Origin: Octopus vulgaris | Taxonomy: Eukaryota | Assembly: GCA_951406725.2 (NCBI GenBank) | Contig: OX597819.1 | Span: 16,058,001 to 16,122,000 of the forward strand | Reading direction: 5' to 3' | DNA length: 64,000 bases | Shown here: piece after piece, positions 26,862-41,568 of the stretch | How the letters are laid out: the number at the start of each line of letters is the position of its first letter | How positions within the stretch are numbered: the first letter of the stretch is position 1 | Translations under genes and position numbers: made by a program | Notes under the pieces: model-generated | Seen by the model: only the letters and a program-made list of their open reading frames with translations | Told to the model about the DNA's origin: nothing | Database searches by the model: none

Positions 26862-27225
26862 CACATACTTTCTTATCTCATTGTCAAAATGAAGTGATAG
26901 TAATATTGACGTGTCGATTTGGGGATAAAATGTCAAAACCATCATCGGAATTGGTCATAACATCGTCATCGCATGATTATGAAAGGTTTCCTGATCCAGT
27001 GAAAGATTTCCTGATCCATTGAATGATTTCCTCATCCATTTCACGTATGATACATCCGGGTTCATGCTTTTTCTTTTCTTTTCTTTTTTTTTTTTTGAAT
27101 TTTGGTATTAGTAAATCTTCCATAATTGTTCTCATTTTTTTCTAGAATTCTATATGAAATTAAAATGGAATCCATTGTCTTTCTATATAAGTGTTGTCTT
27201 TCTTTCTTTCTTTCTTTCTCTCGTT

Positions 27226-27300
<75 letters not shown>

Positions 27301-27387
27301 CTCGTTTCATATTATGCACACATGCATATATAAACATGTGTATGTGTGTGTGTATGTATACATATATATATATATAAGAGAACAAAG

Positions 27388-27451
<64 letters not shown>

Positions 27452-28164
27452 TACATACATACATACATACATACATACATACATACATACACACTCACAC
27501 ATATACGAATATATATAAGCATACTTATATATGTATGCGTGTGTGTATACATACATACATACATACATACATACATACATACATACATACATACATACAT
27601 ACATACAAACATACATACATATACAGATATAGTATAATTTCTGAATCTATCAGAGAGAGACATACAGCAAAATTTCTTTAAAGAAAAGTTTAATTGCCAA
27701 CATAATTTGGCTGTCCTGGAAAAGACGTTATTACTGTTGTTTTAGCCCCAAGAAGCATCATTTCTAGCTGACTATACGACACATTGTCTGTGTCTTTATA
27801 TTTTCGAACTTGCCCTAAGTGAGGTTTTTTTCTTACTACTAAGTATATAAAATGATCTATTTCCTTAAATTCTAAAAAGGTCCTCCTAAGTTTAAATGTA
27901 TCAGAACTATAGTCATACCGTATTTCGAGACAAATCTCTACTGTCATGTACCCTAAGGTTTTATGATCCCTCGCCTAGAATATAAGTGCTTTAAGGAGGA
28001 CTGTTTAAGCTTGAATCCTCAGTTCGCTTCGCCCAGCCGCATGGGTAAGACCTTGAACAAAGCAGCATAGGAAGGTCTACTTTCGATGAATATTTACTGC
28101 AACTTACTCGACTACAAGCACATAAATGTTACATCAAAGGATATTATTAAAATTCTTATCCTGC

Positions 28165-28249
<85 letters not shown>

Positions 28250-28253
<4 letters not shown>

Positions 28254-28352
28254 CAGCCGAAATTGCGAGGATGATCCGGTTCTTGACTGAAGATTAGAGG
28301 CTTTTGTGTCGTCTATTTGAATGTTTTGCGTTCTTGTCCCATTTTGTATTTA
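28250..28352 (+). mobile_element. Second copy of the short (TA)n-embedded repeat seen at 990-1150
   Basis: Sequence similarity; (TA)n on both sides. Confidence 0.55.
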
Positions 28353-28375
28353 TATATATATATATTTTTATACAT

Positions 28376-28466
<91 letters not shown>

Positions 28467-28639
28467 TGCTCTTTGTTCTTCTTTGGCGCACATTGCTAGC
28501 CGAGCGGCCATGCTTACACTGTAAAGCGAGAAAGAAAAATGGTGCGATCAGGCAATAATAAAGATATGTTATGGCGAAATTGAAGATAATTTTTGACTTC
28601 CCTCGTACACACACACGCGCACACACACACACACACACA

Positions 28640-28710
<71 letters not shown>

Positions 28711-29421
28711 CCAAATATACGCGCAGCCAAATATACGCGCGAGCGCATATACATATACATCTATATGGAAAAATAACGCCTGCGTTAAAGACCAGATTGG
28801 AAGAGAATTGGTAACAGGCATAGAGAGCAGCGGAAACAATTTAAAACATCGGAAACAAGATCAAAACTAAATGGACAAAATTTAGTACGAATCTGGAGGC
28901 CACAGAGATTTTGACACCTTAGGATACACACAAACACACAAACACAAACACGCACGCATATATTTTCCTGTTTACCTTTTTTTTTTATTCTTCTATCCAC
29001 CTAGCCTACCGAGACATTCACTCCCACCCCTCATCTCTCTATCCGCGCTCCCACACATTCACATGTCCCACCCAGCCAAAAGTCTAGTGATTTTATTTTA
29101 CTAATTTATTTATTTATTCACTTTGAAACAGCTGTCAGAATCAGTCTTCGCCTTTAAGAGTTTTGCATAGTTTTTAGGTCTTGTTGAAAATGTACATACA
29201 TGTATAAAAATACATATGCATGAATGTGTGTATATGCACACAGACATAAAATATATGTGTATGTTGGTGTGTGTATTCAAATATAACCACACACACAGAC
29301 AGACAGACAGACAGACACACACGCATATATATATATAAATACATTAATGCATATATATAGGCATAAATATTCATATATGTGTACATATATACATATATAT
29401 ATATATGTATATACATGCATG

Positions 29422-29466
<45 letters not shown>

Positions 29467-29540
29467 CATACTTATATATATATGTGTCTGTGTGCGTGTG
29501 TAATGTTCATATGTACATACACATACATATATGTTAATAC

Positions 29541-29580
<40 letters not shown>

Positions 29581-30759
29581 CACACACACACACACAGACA
29601 TACACATACGTGTGTGTGTGTATACGTATTCATGGATGTGTTTATATACTACATATATACATATGTCGTATGTTCATTCATTTATTCTCGCACTGCGGTA
29701 TTTAATTTTTTTGTTGTTTAGTATTGCTTTCTTTTTGTCTCTCTTTCCTTCCTTCTTACACCTGTTTCAGACATTCTAAGCAACGAGTGAAAATGTGGGA
29801 AGACGGAACCGCTATAGCTTAATAGCGTACACGAAACGCGTATCTATGCCCGCCATTTCAATATGGCGGTTTTTCTCTCCGTTTCCTTTTTGTTCTCGTC
29901 TTTCTTTTTTCTTTTCTATTATTTTCGTTCTTCATATCTTTGTTGCATTTTGTGTAGTTTCATTTCGTTATTTTTAGTTGCTTTTAAATACCGTTTTGTG
30001 TTTTATTTTAATTTGATTTCTTCTTTTCTCAGGCTGACGAATAGACAGATGGATAGACAGATAGCTGATAGGCAGCTATGGCGATCGATTCATTGAAAGA
30101 TAGACAGATAGATCTCTGGCACACTGTACATGTATGTAGCTATATTTGTGTGTATGTGTGTGTGTGTATCTGTGTGTCTGTGTACCTGCGTGTATTGTAT
30201 TTGCGTACATGTATATACACACATACACACACATGCACACACTCACACATATGTAGATAGATACATGTTTATAGGGAGATACGGAGTGTGTAAGGGAGTT
30301 CGTGTAGATAACGATATAAATAATCAGATAAAAATAGATCAATACAGACATGTATATACACACGCTTGTGTGCCGATGTATGTGTGTGTGTGTGAATGTG
30401 CGTGTGTGTGTGTGTGGTGTGTGGTAGTTGTGGTGTGTGTGTGTATATATGTGTGTGTGTGTGTGTGTGTGTGCGTGCGTGTGCGTGTGTGTGTGTGTGT
30501 GTATATATATGTGTGTGTGTGTGAATCTGTGTGTGCGTGTGTGTGTGTGGTGTGTAGTGGTTGTGGTGTGTGTGTGTATGTGTGTGTGTGTGTGTGTTCG
30601 TATCATCTGTACTTCTTTAGCTTCTCGACCTCCGAACTCTCGAGACTGCCATTTGTATTCTCCTCCAACCCACCGAACTCTTATCCACCCTCAGTAGTTT
30701 CTCACCTTCCATGGGTGACCACTGCTTGCTAAGATCAGTTCTTACTGCTCCAACCTTTC

Positions 30760-31450
30760 TGAAAGGGATGTTCGGACCCAAGCTCTATCCCCGTTAACCG
30801 AACGTACGCCAGGCATAACGATTGCTTCATCGCAAACTGTTCATCTAGCTCCTCACATTTTTGTCAGCTCCTCGCACCTTGCCATCATCTCTTCAGTTTC
30901 TGTCAACTTTTACTAACCTTTATTTCAAACTCAACCTCACGCCATTTACACCAAATTTGTCCCCTCCTCATCTCAATAACTCCCTCTCCGTTACCCCTGA
31001 GCTACGAAACTAATTTGGATATCCAGTCTCGACATTTAACCCGTCATTTCACACGGACCTTGCAGTGACGACTTCTATTTTCTTGTTTCATTCCTACCTT
31101 AGCATTAACAACTTCCTCTTTTTCTTCTTCTCTACGTTACCTCTCTAGCGCACCATCGTACGACACTCCCGACTTCTCCAATCGAAATCCGCCGCTTTCC
31201 GTTTATTCCTGAATTCTCTCCTTTTGTCTTTCGCATGCACCCGTAATCTTCGTGACTTACTGATCAGCAAATATTTTCTCAAGTCCTTTCTCATTCATAC
31301 GCTCGACCCAGAATCTTTCCTTTGCTCCCACCCCCTTCACACCTGCCCGTTAATTCCAAACGCCATTACCTCAAAAGACTTTATTCTTCTTGCCACATCA
31401 CAGACCTGTTCGTCTGTACCTTTACAGTTTTAAATGCTGATTATGTCGTT
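30760..31450 (+). mobile_element. Highly decayed Penelope-like retroelement coding remnant
   Basis: Peptide fragments RNLRDLLI, HTCPLI and HITDLFVCT resemble the RT-to-GIY-YIG linker of Penelope-like elements; many stops and frameshifts. Confidence 0.4.
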
Positions 31451-31534
31451 CTTAGTATTTCGGTTACAACGCGAAGAAAAACTTATATTCCGCCTACGAA
31501 CAGTACACAACTACACAGTCTAAGCAACAAATTT

Positions 31535-32429
31535 GTTGATGTCAGTGAGTATTATGTTTTTGCAAATGGCTTTAAGTGATTATGTAACCCTGAGTAGATA
31601 CAGTAACATTGCCAACCATACTCGTTATACTCCCGAATCAGCAGAGCGTTTCGAATGTGACTGCTGAGGAAGAAACACACGCACGGTGGGAGAGAAAAAA
31701 CCCTAACCCCCTCCCCTACACAAAGATGCTCCATAATTGTAAGCTTTACACAGTCCACCACATTTACATCGGTTGTATGTACATATTGTTTCTATCCTCA
31801 TCACTACATAGCAACACATAGTATACAGATTCCATACACACCGACACGTACACACACAAACACACACACACACACACAGATATCCACACAAAAACACATA
31901 CATACATGGACCTATAACAGCTATTCATACACATAAACACGTTTTCCATTCACTACAAATACAGCACAGATCGTTGCTGTTCTATGCGTTACACACTAAC
32001 ACAAACCACATAGGCTCACTACACACACAAGACATATAACATTCGCATTTAATCTCACACACGTAAAAATACTTATGGTGCAGCGTACGTCACACATACA
32101 TACACATATATACACATATATATACATAGGCATACCGCCTTAGATATCCACTCCCCACACACTGGCACACTCCATGTACAGATACATCGAACATGTTCTC
32201 AATTTCATGTCCCCTCCCCCTCGTACTTAAATACAATATCTTTTGCTCAAGAATCACTCACTCGCTCATTGTCTTTCCCAATAAGCCGTTCCTCGGGCAT
32301 GAAACATAACACTGGTCTTTTGTGTTTGCTATTTATTCCTCAATATTCTTCTTTCAACTGAGTTGTGATAAACTTTTGCGAAAAATTCTTCTTCCCGTCC
32401 CTTTTTATAGTTTTAATTCCTCTACATTT

Positions 32430-32495
<66 letters not shown>

Positions 32496-32746
32496 TAAAA
32501 CGGTAAGATAACAAAAGAAAGAAAGGGACCTCAATATTGTGTAAATAGAGGAAATTTATCTATAGAATAATATGTTACATTACTCGATAGTCAAGATAAA
32601 ACTCTGAGTTTCAGATGCCGAAGTGGGAGTCCACGCCGCCATCTCTTCGGTTATTTTCAAATAGCCAGATAACCGAAGAGATGGCGGCGTGGACTCCCAC
32701 TTCGGCATCTGAAACTCAGAGTTTTATCTTGACTATCGAGTAATGT

Positions 32747-32802
<56 letters not shown>

Positions 32803-32818
32803 AGTATCTATCTATCTG

Positions 32819-32856
<38 letters not shown>

Positions 32857-32859
32857 CCT

Positions 32860-32922
<63 letters not shown>

Positions 32923-33335
32923 AATATATACACACACACACACACACACATACACACACATACACACATGTATGTATAAAATGTATGTATGTTAGCATTT
33001 ATGTAACGAGAGAGCATCGAATAGGATAGTGTGCGAAAATTGTTCTGGCTCATTGGGATTTTAGTTCAAACCCTGCCGAAGGCAGCTGTGTCTTATATCC
33101 TTCCGAGAACTACACAGTATCAGCTCCCTCACTAACTCCATTTGCTTGTCTCTCCCTCCCCTTCTCTCTTCTCTCTCTCTCTCTCTCCCCGCGTGTGTGT
33201 GTTTCTTCCTCAGTAGTCACATTCGAAATGCTCTGCTGGGTCAGGAGCACAACGAGTATGGTTGGCAATGTTACTGTATCGACTCAGGGTTACATAATCA
33301 CTTAAAGCCATTTGCAAAAACTCACTGATACCAAC
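31535..33335. repeat. Pair of ~160-bp inverted repeats (31535-31695 and 33180-33335)
   Basis: TTTGCAAATGGCTTTAAGTGATTATGTAACCCTGAGT...GAGGAAGAAACACAC and its reverse complement. Confidence 0.8.
32492..32753. mobile_element. (TA)n-embedded element with perfect ~85-bp stem hairpin and hammerhead-like motif
   Basis: 32570-32654 is the reverse complement of 32669-32753 with a 14-nt loop; (TA)n on both sides. Confidence 0.8.
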
Positions 33336-33371
33336 TCAACGTCGATTGCAAGAGATAAGCATTGTGATTAA

Positions 33372-33842
<471 letters not shown>

Positions 33843-34465
33843 AGGTGTAGGAAGAGAGTGAAAGAAGGTGGCGTGGAAAGGCAAATTTCAGATGAATGCA
33901 TGTACACAGATGAATGTATATACACAAATGCATATACATACATTATCACATATGCGTATTTCCACGTGCCTGTGTGTATGACTATATGTGTGTGTATGTG
34001 AGCGTGTGTGTGTGAATGAGTGAGTGGTGTCTGGGGCGGGGATCGTTTATAGGCACGCTAGCACATACGTGCACCTACGCACACATACACGCAACTAGCT
34101 TAAATCGGATAAATGAGAAACACAAATACGTCATCATGTGGCTATGAGAAATCTGACCAATCAGGAATCTGCTTGCGTCATAGCGATGGATGAGTAAAAG
34201 GATTTGATATAACTGCATCAGAATCGAAAGATGGTATGAAAGATTGTAGGGTGGCATGGCAAGTGGTTGGATGGTTCGGTATGTAGTTGTGATTGTTTAG
34301 CCCAAGGCCAACTCTGCCTGAGCAGACCTATGAGTAAAGTCATTCCGGCAATGGCCAACACATTCAGCATTTGTTTCTCTATTTGAATAATAATTTCAGC
34401 CACTCATTAACTACTTCGCTACTGATTTAGTCATTTCATTGCCATTACTTTAATTATTTTTCTAT

Positions 34466-34886
34466 TTACTCTTACTCTCTCTTTTACTCTTTTACATGTT
34501 TCAGTCATTTGACTGCGGCCATGCTGGAGCACCGCCTTTAGTCGACCAACTCGACCCCGGGACTTATTCTTTGTAAGCCCAGTACTTATTCTATCGGTCT
34601 ATTTTGCCAAACCGCTAAGTGACGGGGACGTAAACACACCAGCATCGGTTGTCAAGCAATGCTAGGGGTATAAACACAGACACACAAACACATACATACA
34701 TATACATATATATACATATATATGACAGGCTTCTTTCAGTTTCCGTCAACCAAATCCACTCACAAGGCATTGGTCGGCCCGGGGCTATAGCAGAAGACAC
34801 TTGCTCAAGATGCCACGCAGTGGGATTGAACCCGGAACCATGTGGTTGGTTAGCAAGCTACTTACCACACAGCCACTCCTGCGCCT
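34466..34886 (-). mobile_element. SINE family A
   Basis: Matches the copy at 201-617. Confidence 0.85.
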
Positions 34887-35107
34887 ATTTAGTAATTTTT
34901 GTATTTTTAATCCATTATATTACTACGTCTTAAACCTTTACACCACTAGCTATCTCATTAACCAATGGATGATAGAGAATTTCATTACATATTTCTAAAT
35001 TTCTATAGTTTTCTCTGTTACTAGCGATTTCCCTGACCATTTTGTTATTTCAATGGATTGTTTACGATTTCACTGTGCACTTCGATATATCACGATGCAT
35101 ATGTATA

Positions 35108-35819
35108 TACATAGTCTGATCAATAAGTATCAGGACTGTTGCCATAGTAACGAAGCTAAAGTATGCAGGGCGAAGCCGCTTGGTACAGAGTTACCTTGAA
35201 CTCTGCTGGGCAGGCGCACTGAGTATTAACGTTCCAGCTCACTTCCGCTGTTTGCAGCAATGTTTGGAAGGAAGGTGTGTAGCGTGTAGTCGCCGCATTC
35301 ACCATGACAGAGAAAGTTAAGCAGAGAATCTGCATCAAATTTTGCCAAAAGCTTGGCAATACCTGCTCAGAGACCTATGCAAAGATTTCAAAAAGTTTTC
35401 ATCGTGAAATCTTCTGTGATATTGGAATGAACTGAACAGTAACTAATAACATCCCCTGATAACTCATGGATTCAGCGATTTCCCCTCACAGCTGCACGTA
35501 CATCTGCGATGTTTTCCTCAGTTCTGCTGGTTTCGGCTTGTGTACGGCTCATGCACTCCTCTCTGTACCCTCTCTGTAACTTTGTGTAGGCCCCTGAGCA
35601 GGTATCATCACGACAAATTTCTCAGTCATGTTCAATGCAACGATCTCACGCTACACACCTTCCTTCCAATCACTGCTGTAAACAGCGGAAGTGAGCTAAA
35701 ACGTTAAACCTTAGTACGCATACGCAGCAGAGTTCAAGGTCAATCTGTGTCAAGCGGCTTCACTCTGTGTGCATTAGATTCGTTACTATGGCAACAATCC
35801 GTATACTTATTGATCAGAT

Positions 35820-35820
<1 letters not shown>
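35108..35820. mobile_element. Mariner-derived MITE with long (~220-bp) inverted arms
   Basis: TCTGATCAATAAGTAT...GGAAGGAAGGTGTGTAGCGTG is mirrored at 35620-35820; left arm runs into MTEKVKQRICIKFCQKLG, a mariner transposase N-terminus. Confidence 0.75.
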
Positions 35821-35857
<37 letters not shown>

Positions 35858-35901
35858 CATACATATATATATATACATACATACATACATACATACATAC
35901 A

Positions 35902-35933
<32 letters not shown>

Positions 35934-36002
35934 ATTTACTTTTTCTGTACGTAGCGTTCACCATTACACATGTTTCATTTGCTAATAGGAATCACAAAAT
36001 AG

Positions 36003-37201
36003 TATCAGGCTGAGTAAGAAGTCAGCAACATTTTGAAACATGATATCCATCATATTTCAACAATGCGAAAATTTTATTCTTCAAAGTACGTACCATCATA
36101 TTTTTGCCAACGAATCACAAGTTTGTTTATTCCAGTAACATACAAATCTGTGGTTCTGGAGCTGATGAACTTTTTGAGCGCACTTTCAACATCTGTTTGA
36201 CTCTTGAACTCCTTCTCTCGCAGGAACCAATCAAGATGCTTGAAAAAGTGGTAGTCGATAGGAGAAAGGTCTGGGGAATAAGCTGGGTGGGGGAAGAATT
36301 TCGTAGTTCAGTTCCCCCAACTTTTGCAGCGTCATTAGTGAAACGTGTGGTCGAGCATTGTCATGAAGAATGACTGGCCCTCTCCTGTTGACCAGTTTGG
36401 GATGGAAGAATAGCAGTTTTTCTTTCATTTGGCAATTTCATGTCGATATGTTTCTGCAGTAATGGTTTTTCTGGGTTTTAAGAAGTAATAGTGGATGAGT
36501 CCAGCAGGTCAACCACTGCGAAGAACGTTTTTGATTATTGTACAGAATCCACTTTCATCATAAGTTACTATACGGTCAAGAGATGGGTCGGTCTGGTTAC
36601 GGAGAAGAAACGACGAGCAAGTTTCATATTCGCGCATTTTCTGATTTTCATTCAAATCGTGTGGTACCCATTTGTCGAGCTTTTTTGATTTTCTGATCGC
36701 ATGCAAATAGTTGCAGGCAGTTTTCTGGTTAACTTGAAGTTCTTTTGCCAGTTCTCGAGTGGTCTTATGTGGATCTTTCTCAATGACGGTCTTTAATTGA
36801 CCGTCTTCGATGACGGATGGGCGTCCATAACGCTCACGATCATCAAGGCTCAGGTCTCCACTGCGAAATCGTTTAAACCATTTTCGAACTGACCACTCAC
36901 TGGTCATTTTCTCACCAAACGTTTTGTTGATATCGCGAGCGGTTTCAGCTGCTTCACGTCCTTTTTTTGAAGCTGAATAGCAAAATTGCTCGAATATCGC
37001 GCTTTGATAGTTCCATTTCAAATGAATGTAACAACGGTGAAAAAAAAATATCAATGTTAATTTATTGATGCATTAGAGCAAGTCTATGTGCATATATCAG
37101 ACAATTGCAAACGAATGTGTAAAAACATTCAAACCTCTGCAAAAATCCTGTACAAATTCTTCATAGTTCAAAACACTGCTTCCATTTTACTCGACTTGAT
37201 A
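36003..37201 (-). mobile_element. Defective mariner transposon
   Basis: HTH region (AAETARDIN...WFKRFRSGD...GRP), WVPHDL, IVTYDE, LHDNARPH and frameshifted PYSPDL motifs; degenerate TIRs TATCAGGCTGAGTAA and TTACTCGACTTGATA. Confidence 0.9.
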
Positions 37202-37262
37202 CATATTGGATAATTATGGTAGAAATCTCCTGTTAGAAATTCTTCAGACAGCGAATCAAATA

Positions 37263-37313
<51 letters not shown>

Positions 37314-37371
37314 CACACACACATACGCTCACATATATACATGTATACATGTATATATATATATACATGTA

Positions 37372-37601
37372 GGCGGCGAGCTGGTAGAAACGTTAGCACG
37401 CCGGGCGAAATTCGTAGCAGTATTTCGTCTGTCGCTACGTTCCGAGTTCAAATTCCGCCGAGGTCGACTTTGCCTTTCATCCTTTCGGGGTCGGTAAATT
37501 AAGTACCAGTTACGCACTGGGGTCGATGTAATCGACTGAATCCCTTTGTCTGTCCTTGTTTGTCCCCTCTATGTTTAGCCCCTTGTGGGTAGTAAAGAAA
37601 T
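37372..37601 (+). mobile_element. SINE family B
   Basis: Full-length match to the other copies. Confidence 0.85.
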
Positions 37602-38119
37602 ATGTATACACACATACTCTATGTATGTATATATATGTATGTGTGTGTGTGTGTGTAAGTGTGTGTAAGTGTGTGCATGTATGTATATGTGTATATATGT
37701 ACAACCTGACTATTCCAATACCTATTTTACTATTTATATGGCTGTTTTATTATTTTCCATTCTATTTCAGTATATTTCAATATTTCATTAACTTTTCTAT
37801 CTCACCAGGTATTTCTCTCACCTGCAAAGTTCTTCCTTCCTTCCTTCCTTCATCATTTCATTCTGTATTACCCTATTTATCAACTATTTCATTATTACAC
37901 TTGTTAAATCGTTATTTTATGACACATTTTACTATTTCACTTACAATTCTCATATTTCGGGGCCTATTTCTCAAACACAGTTTATTGTCCCATTTCATCA
38001 TTTTATTAGCCTATTTCCCTATTTTATTAGTCCTTTCCTTAATCACTCTATCAATTTCCATATATTTCAAGACCTCTTTTGCAATCTCACTAAATTTTGC
38101 AATTTCACTAAATAATATC

Positions 38120-38520
38120 CTATCTTTCTCTCTCTCTCTGTGCCTCTCTCACACTCTCTCTCATTCTCTCTCCTCCTCTCTCTCTCTTTATCTCTCTCTG
38201 TACCTCTCTCTCATTCTGTCTCCCTCCCTCTCTCTCTGTGCCTCTCTCTCTGTGCCTCCCCCTCCCTCTCTCTGCACCCTTCCCTCCCTCTCTCCCTCCC
38301 TCCCTCCCTCCCTTTCTCCTCCTCCCTCCCTCCCTTTCTCCTCCTCCCTCCTTCCCTCTTTGTGCCTCTCTCTCTTTCCCTCTCTTTGTGCCTCTCTCCC
38401 CCTCTCTATGCCTCTCTCTCTTTCCCTATCTCTCTGTGCCTCACCGCCTTCCTCCCCTGCCGCCTTCCTCCCTTCCATCCCCTCCCTCTCCCCATCACCC
38501 CCTCTCCGTTGCTCTTTTAC
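38120..38520. repeat. Polypyrimidine (CT-rich) low-complexity tract
   Basis: Direct reading; similar tract at 44520-44930. Confidence 0.9.
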
Positions 38521-39066
38521 TGCCTAGTTTACTACTACCTAAACCATTTTATCGCTAGCTTTTTATCTTGCTAGGTCATTAGCTAGTTTCCTAGCTATTT
38601 TACCATTTCATTATTAATTTGCTAATTACTTCCTAATTCGATATTTCATTAGCTAAAGGCGGCGAGTTGGAAGAATCGTTAGCACGCCGGACAAAATACT
38701 TAGCCTCAGGTCTAAGTTCAAATTCCGTTCTGAGTTCAAATTCCGCCGAAGAGGACTTCGCCTTTCTTCATTTCAGGATCGTACTAGGGTCAATATAATG
38801 GGCTTGCCCCTCCCCAAAATTGCTGGCATTGTGCCAAAATCTGAATTCCATATTTCAGATTTCATTATTAACAAATTTCGCTCATTTTAAAAAAATTATC
38901 TTATCAACCATTTCATTATTTCACAAGCTGCTTACTTTCTCGATCAATTATTCCTCTACATCGTTAACCGTTTAACTATTTCACAACTAATTTCATCTTT
39001 CACATTTTGTTTTGTAAAGGTTCTATTTCTGACTATTTTCCACTCAATAGTACAATCTCTCTGAGA

Positions 39067-39371
39067 GGCGGCGAGCTGGCAGAAACGTTAGCACGCCGGG
39101 CGAACTGCTTAGCAGTATTTCGTCTGCCGTTACGTTCCGAGTTCAAATTCCACCGAGGTCGACTTTGCCCTTCATCCTTTCGGGGTCGATTAAATAAGTA
39201 CCAGTTACGTACTGGGGTCGATACAATCGACTTAATCCATTTGTCTGTGTTTAGCCCCTTGTGGGTAGTAAAGAAATCGGTATTTCGTCTGCCGTTACGT
39301 TCTGAGTTCAAATTCCGCCGAGGTCGACTTTGCCTTTCATCCTTTCGGGGTCGATTAATTAAGTACCAGTT
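39067..39371 (+). mobile_element. SINE family B plus partial second unit
   Basis: The 3' end AAAGAAATCGG runs directly into TATTTCGTCTGCCG. Confidence 0.85.
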
Positions 39372-39804
39372 ATATATATATATACATATAATTTTAAAAT
39401 AGGATAAAATTTTCATAAGAATTTATCAAGTAGTTAGCGTGAAAAACCTCATAAGAGAAAAGACCATCAACTTTTCTCTTAAACATATTTATTTATATTA
39501 TATAGAGGGGATTACTATACATAAATGCCACATGCTAGAAGGGACTCCTAAAGTCAAAACTACCAAAATAAATAAACACATCGTCCCGAGTGCGAGGGAA
39601 TGTAAATCTCGAAGTGAGCCTTCTGAAAACAGAATTCAGCTGCAAATCATATGATTTCATAATTAGTGCTAAAATGCACTTTTTGATCGTCAGTGCGAGC
39701 ATAATTCAAGATTATACCGAATGAACAAAAATCAACATACCAGATGAGCACCCAATGTTCATATATAATAGCATATAGAAATGTTCAACTTTTATACATC
39801 TATG

Positions 39805-39898
<94 letters not shown>

Positions 39899-41250
39899 TT
39901 ATATCGAACGAAAAAGTGACCAATTCACGTAGAAGATATATTTTTTATTGAAATTGAAAAGGGAAGTTTGCTTCATGACTTGAGTTTCAGTTGTAATAAC
40001 AAATTGTATGTGTGTGTGTGTGTGTGTGTATGGTGTGTGTGTGTTTTACGGTAATTAGAACAGATCTTTTCACCGTCGATACTTCGAGTTTCGTCATATC
40101 GATTTTCCATACGTTTGACGAGTAATCCCGGTTAATTTCTCCAGAAATTAATCTGCCAGGCAAGCTAGATGTAACCATTAACGCAGTTAGGCATTTCCTA
40201 GCCATCATCAGTTAGTATTTTCCACACATGCACAAATACATGTTTTTCAACTTACATAAAGTTAAGGTAAGTTATTCTTGCCTGAATAGCACAGGTTCCC
40301 AGAGCAAGTAAGAACACACTCAATATACCACCATCACCACCACCACCACCACCACAACCACCACCAGATCAATGAACTGATAATTATTGAAATCCTTCCA
40401 CTTCTCGCTTAAGGGATCTTGCCTTTATAAAAGAAATATCCCGAGCAACCATAACAATCTCATACGGCATTGAAAAGAATTAGACTAGTCTAACTGCGAA
40501 CACTTTCAAGAGTCTCTTTCATCTCCTTCGGAATAATAACTGGTTAAAATCCCCAACTCCGTCACAGTTTGTCTAGAAACTTAGAGATCAGGGACTGGCA
40601 TGCTCTCCCTAATTACATGGAACAGTGTTGATAAGGATTTTTTTTATATGTAATGGGCCTGAGAACTATAGGGTTGGTCTAACTGAAACTAGTCAAATCC
40701 TGAAATAATTTGTAAAATTTTAAAGTGGAATAAGAAATATTGTTTCACTGCCATCATCGGAGGAAATTCTTCTTGCAAAATTTCCAGCGAGTTTCGCGAA
40801 ACAATTGAAGTTGACGGCAAGGGATTTGAACTGCGTTGCTTTATTACAGAGGCATAAGAACAGACTGCATCTACAACAAATGGTAGCACAAGAAGAGCCT
40901 TAAACTGATTTTAACTATCCTTATAAGTGACCTGTGGACATGATACCAGCAGCTATTTTTCAGAAGTGTTCATAATGTTTGACAGAAAACATGCTTCTCT
41001 CTACAATGTGTTCGTGAGCGAAATCTATGTAATGGTGGAATGATTCACTGAATCTTTTTTTTTTAATACAAACTAAATTTCCTGTATTCAGTGATATTTT
41101 CTTTCGTTTGAAGTTTACACACATAAAGTAACATATGTGGGTGTGAATGCGCACGCGCGTATGTGTTGCGAAATTAAATTCATTTAACTTATGAGGGAAA
41201 ATAATTTGGTTAAATAAGCTGTCAGTAAAAACGAACTTCATAATATATAA

Positions 41251-41298
<48 letters not shown>

Positions 41299-41390
41299 GT
41301 GTGTGTGCACGCGCGTGTAGCTATAAGCTAATGTATATTAACGTAAATGCGTATGTGTGGGTGCATATTTATATATCTGTGTATGCGTGC

Positions 41391-41432
<42 letters not shown>

Positions 41433-41504
41433 GTGAATATGTGTGTGAGTGTGTGTGTGAGTATGCGTGATTGCATGTAGATTCATACATGCACACAAAC
41501 ACGC

Positions 41505-41568
<64 letters not shown>

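Noticed and set aside
27912-27950. Minus-strand GAGAT-TT-GTCTC-GAAA-TACGGTAT hammerhead-like relic
   Set aside because: No recognisable core or NUH site
37556-38527. 323-aa ORF, the longest in the window
   Set aside because: Starts in a SINE and runs through T-rich and CT-rich low-complexity DNA; no domain-like sequence
39987-40889. Short non-repeat minus-strand ORFs as exons
   Set aside because: Weak splice donors and no recognisable homology
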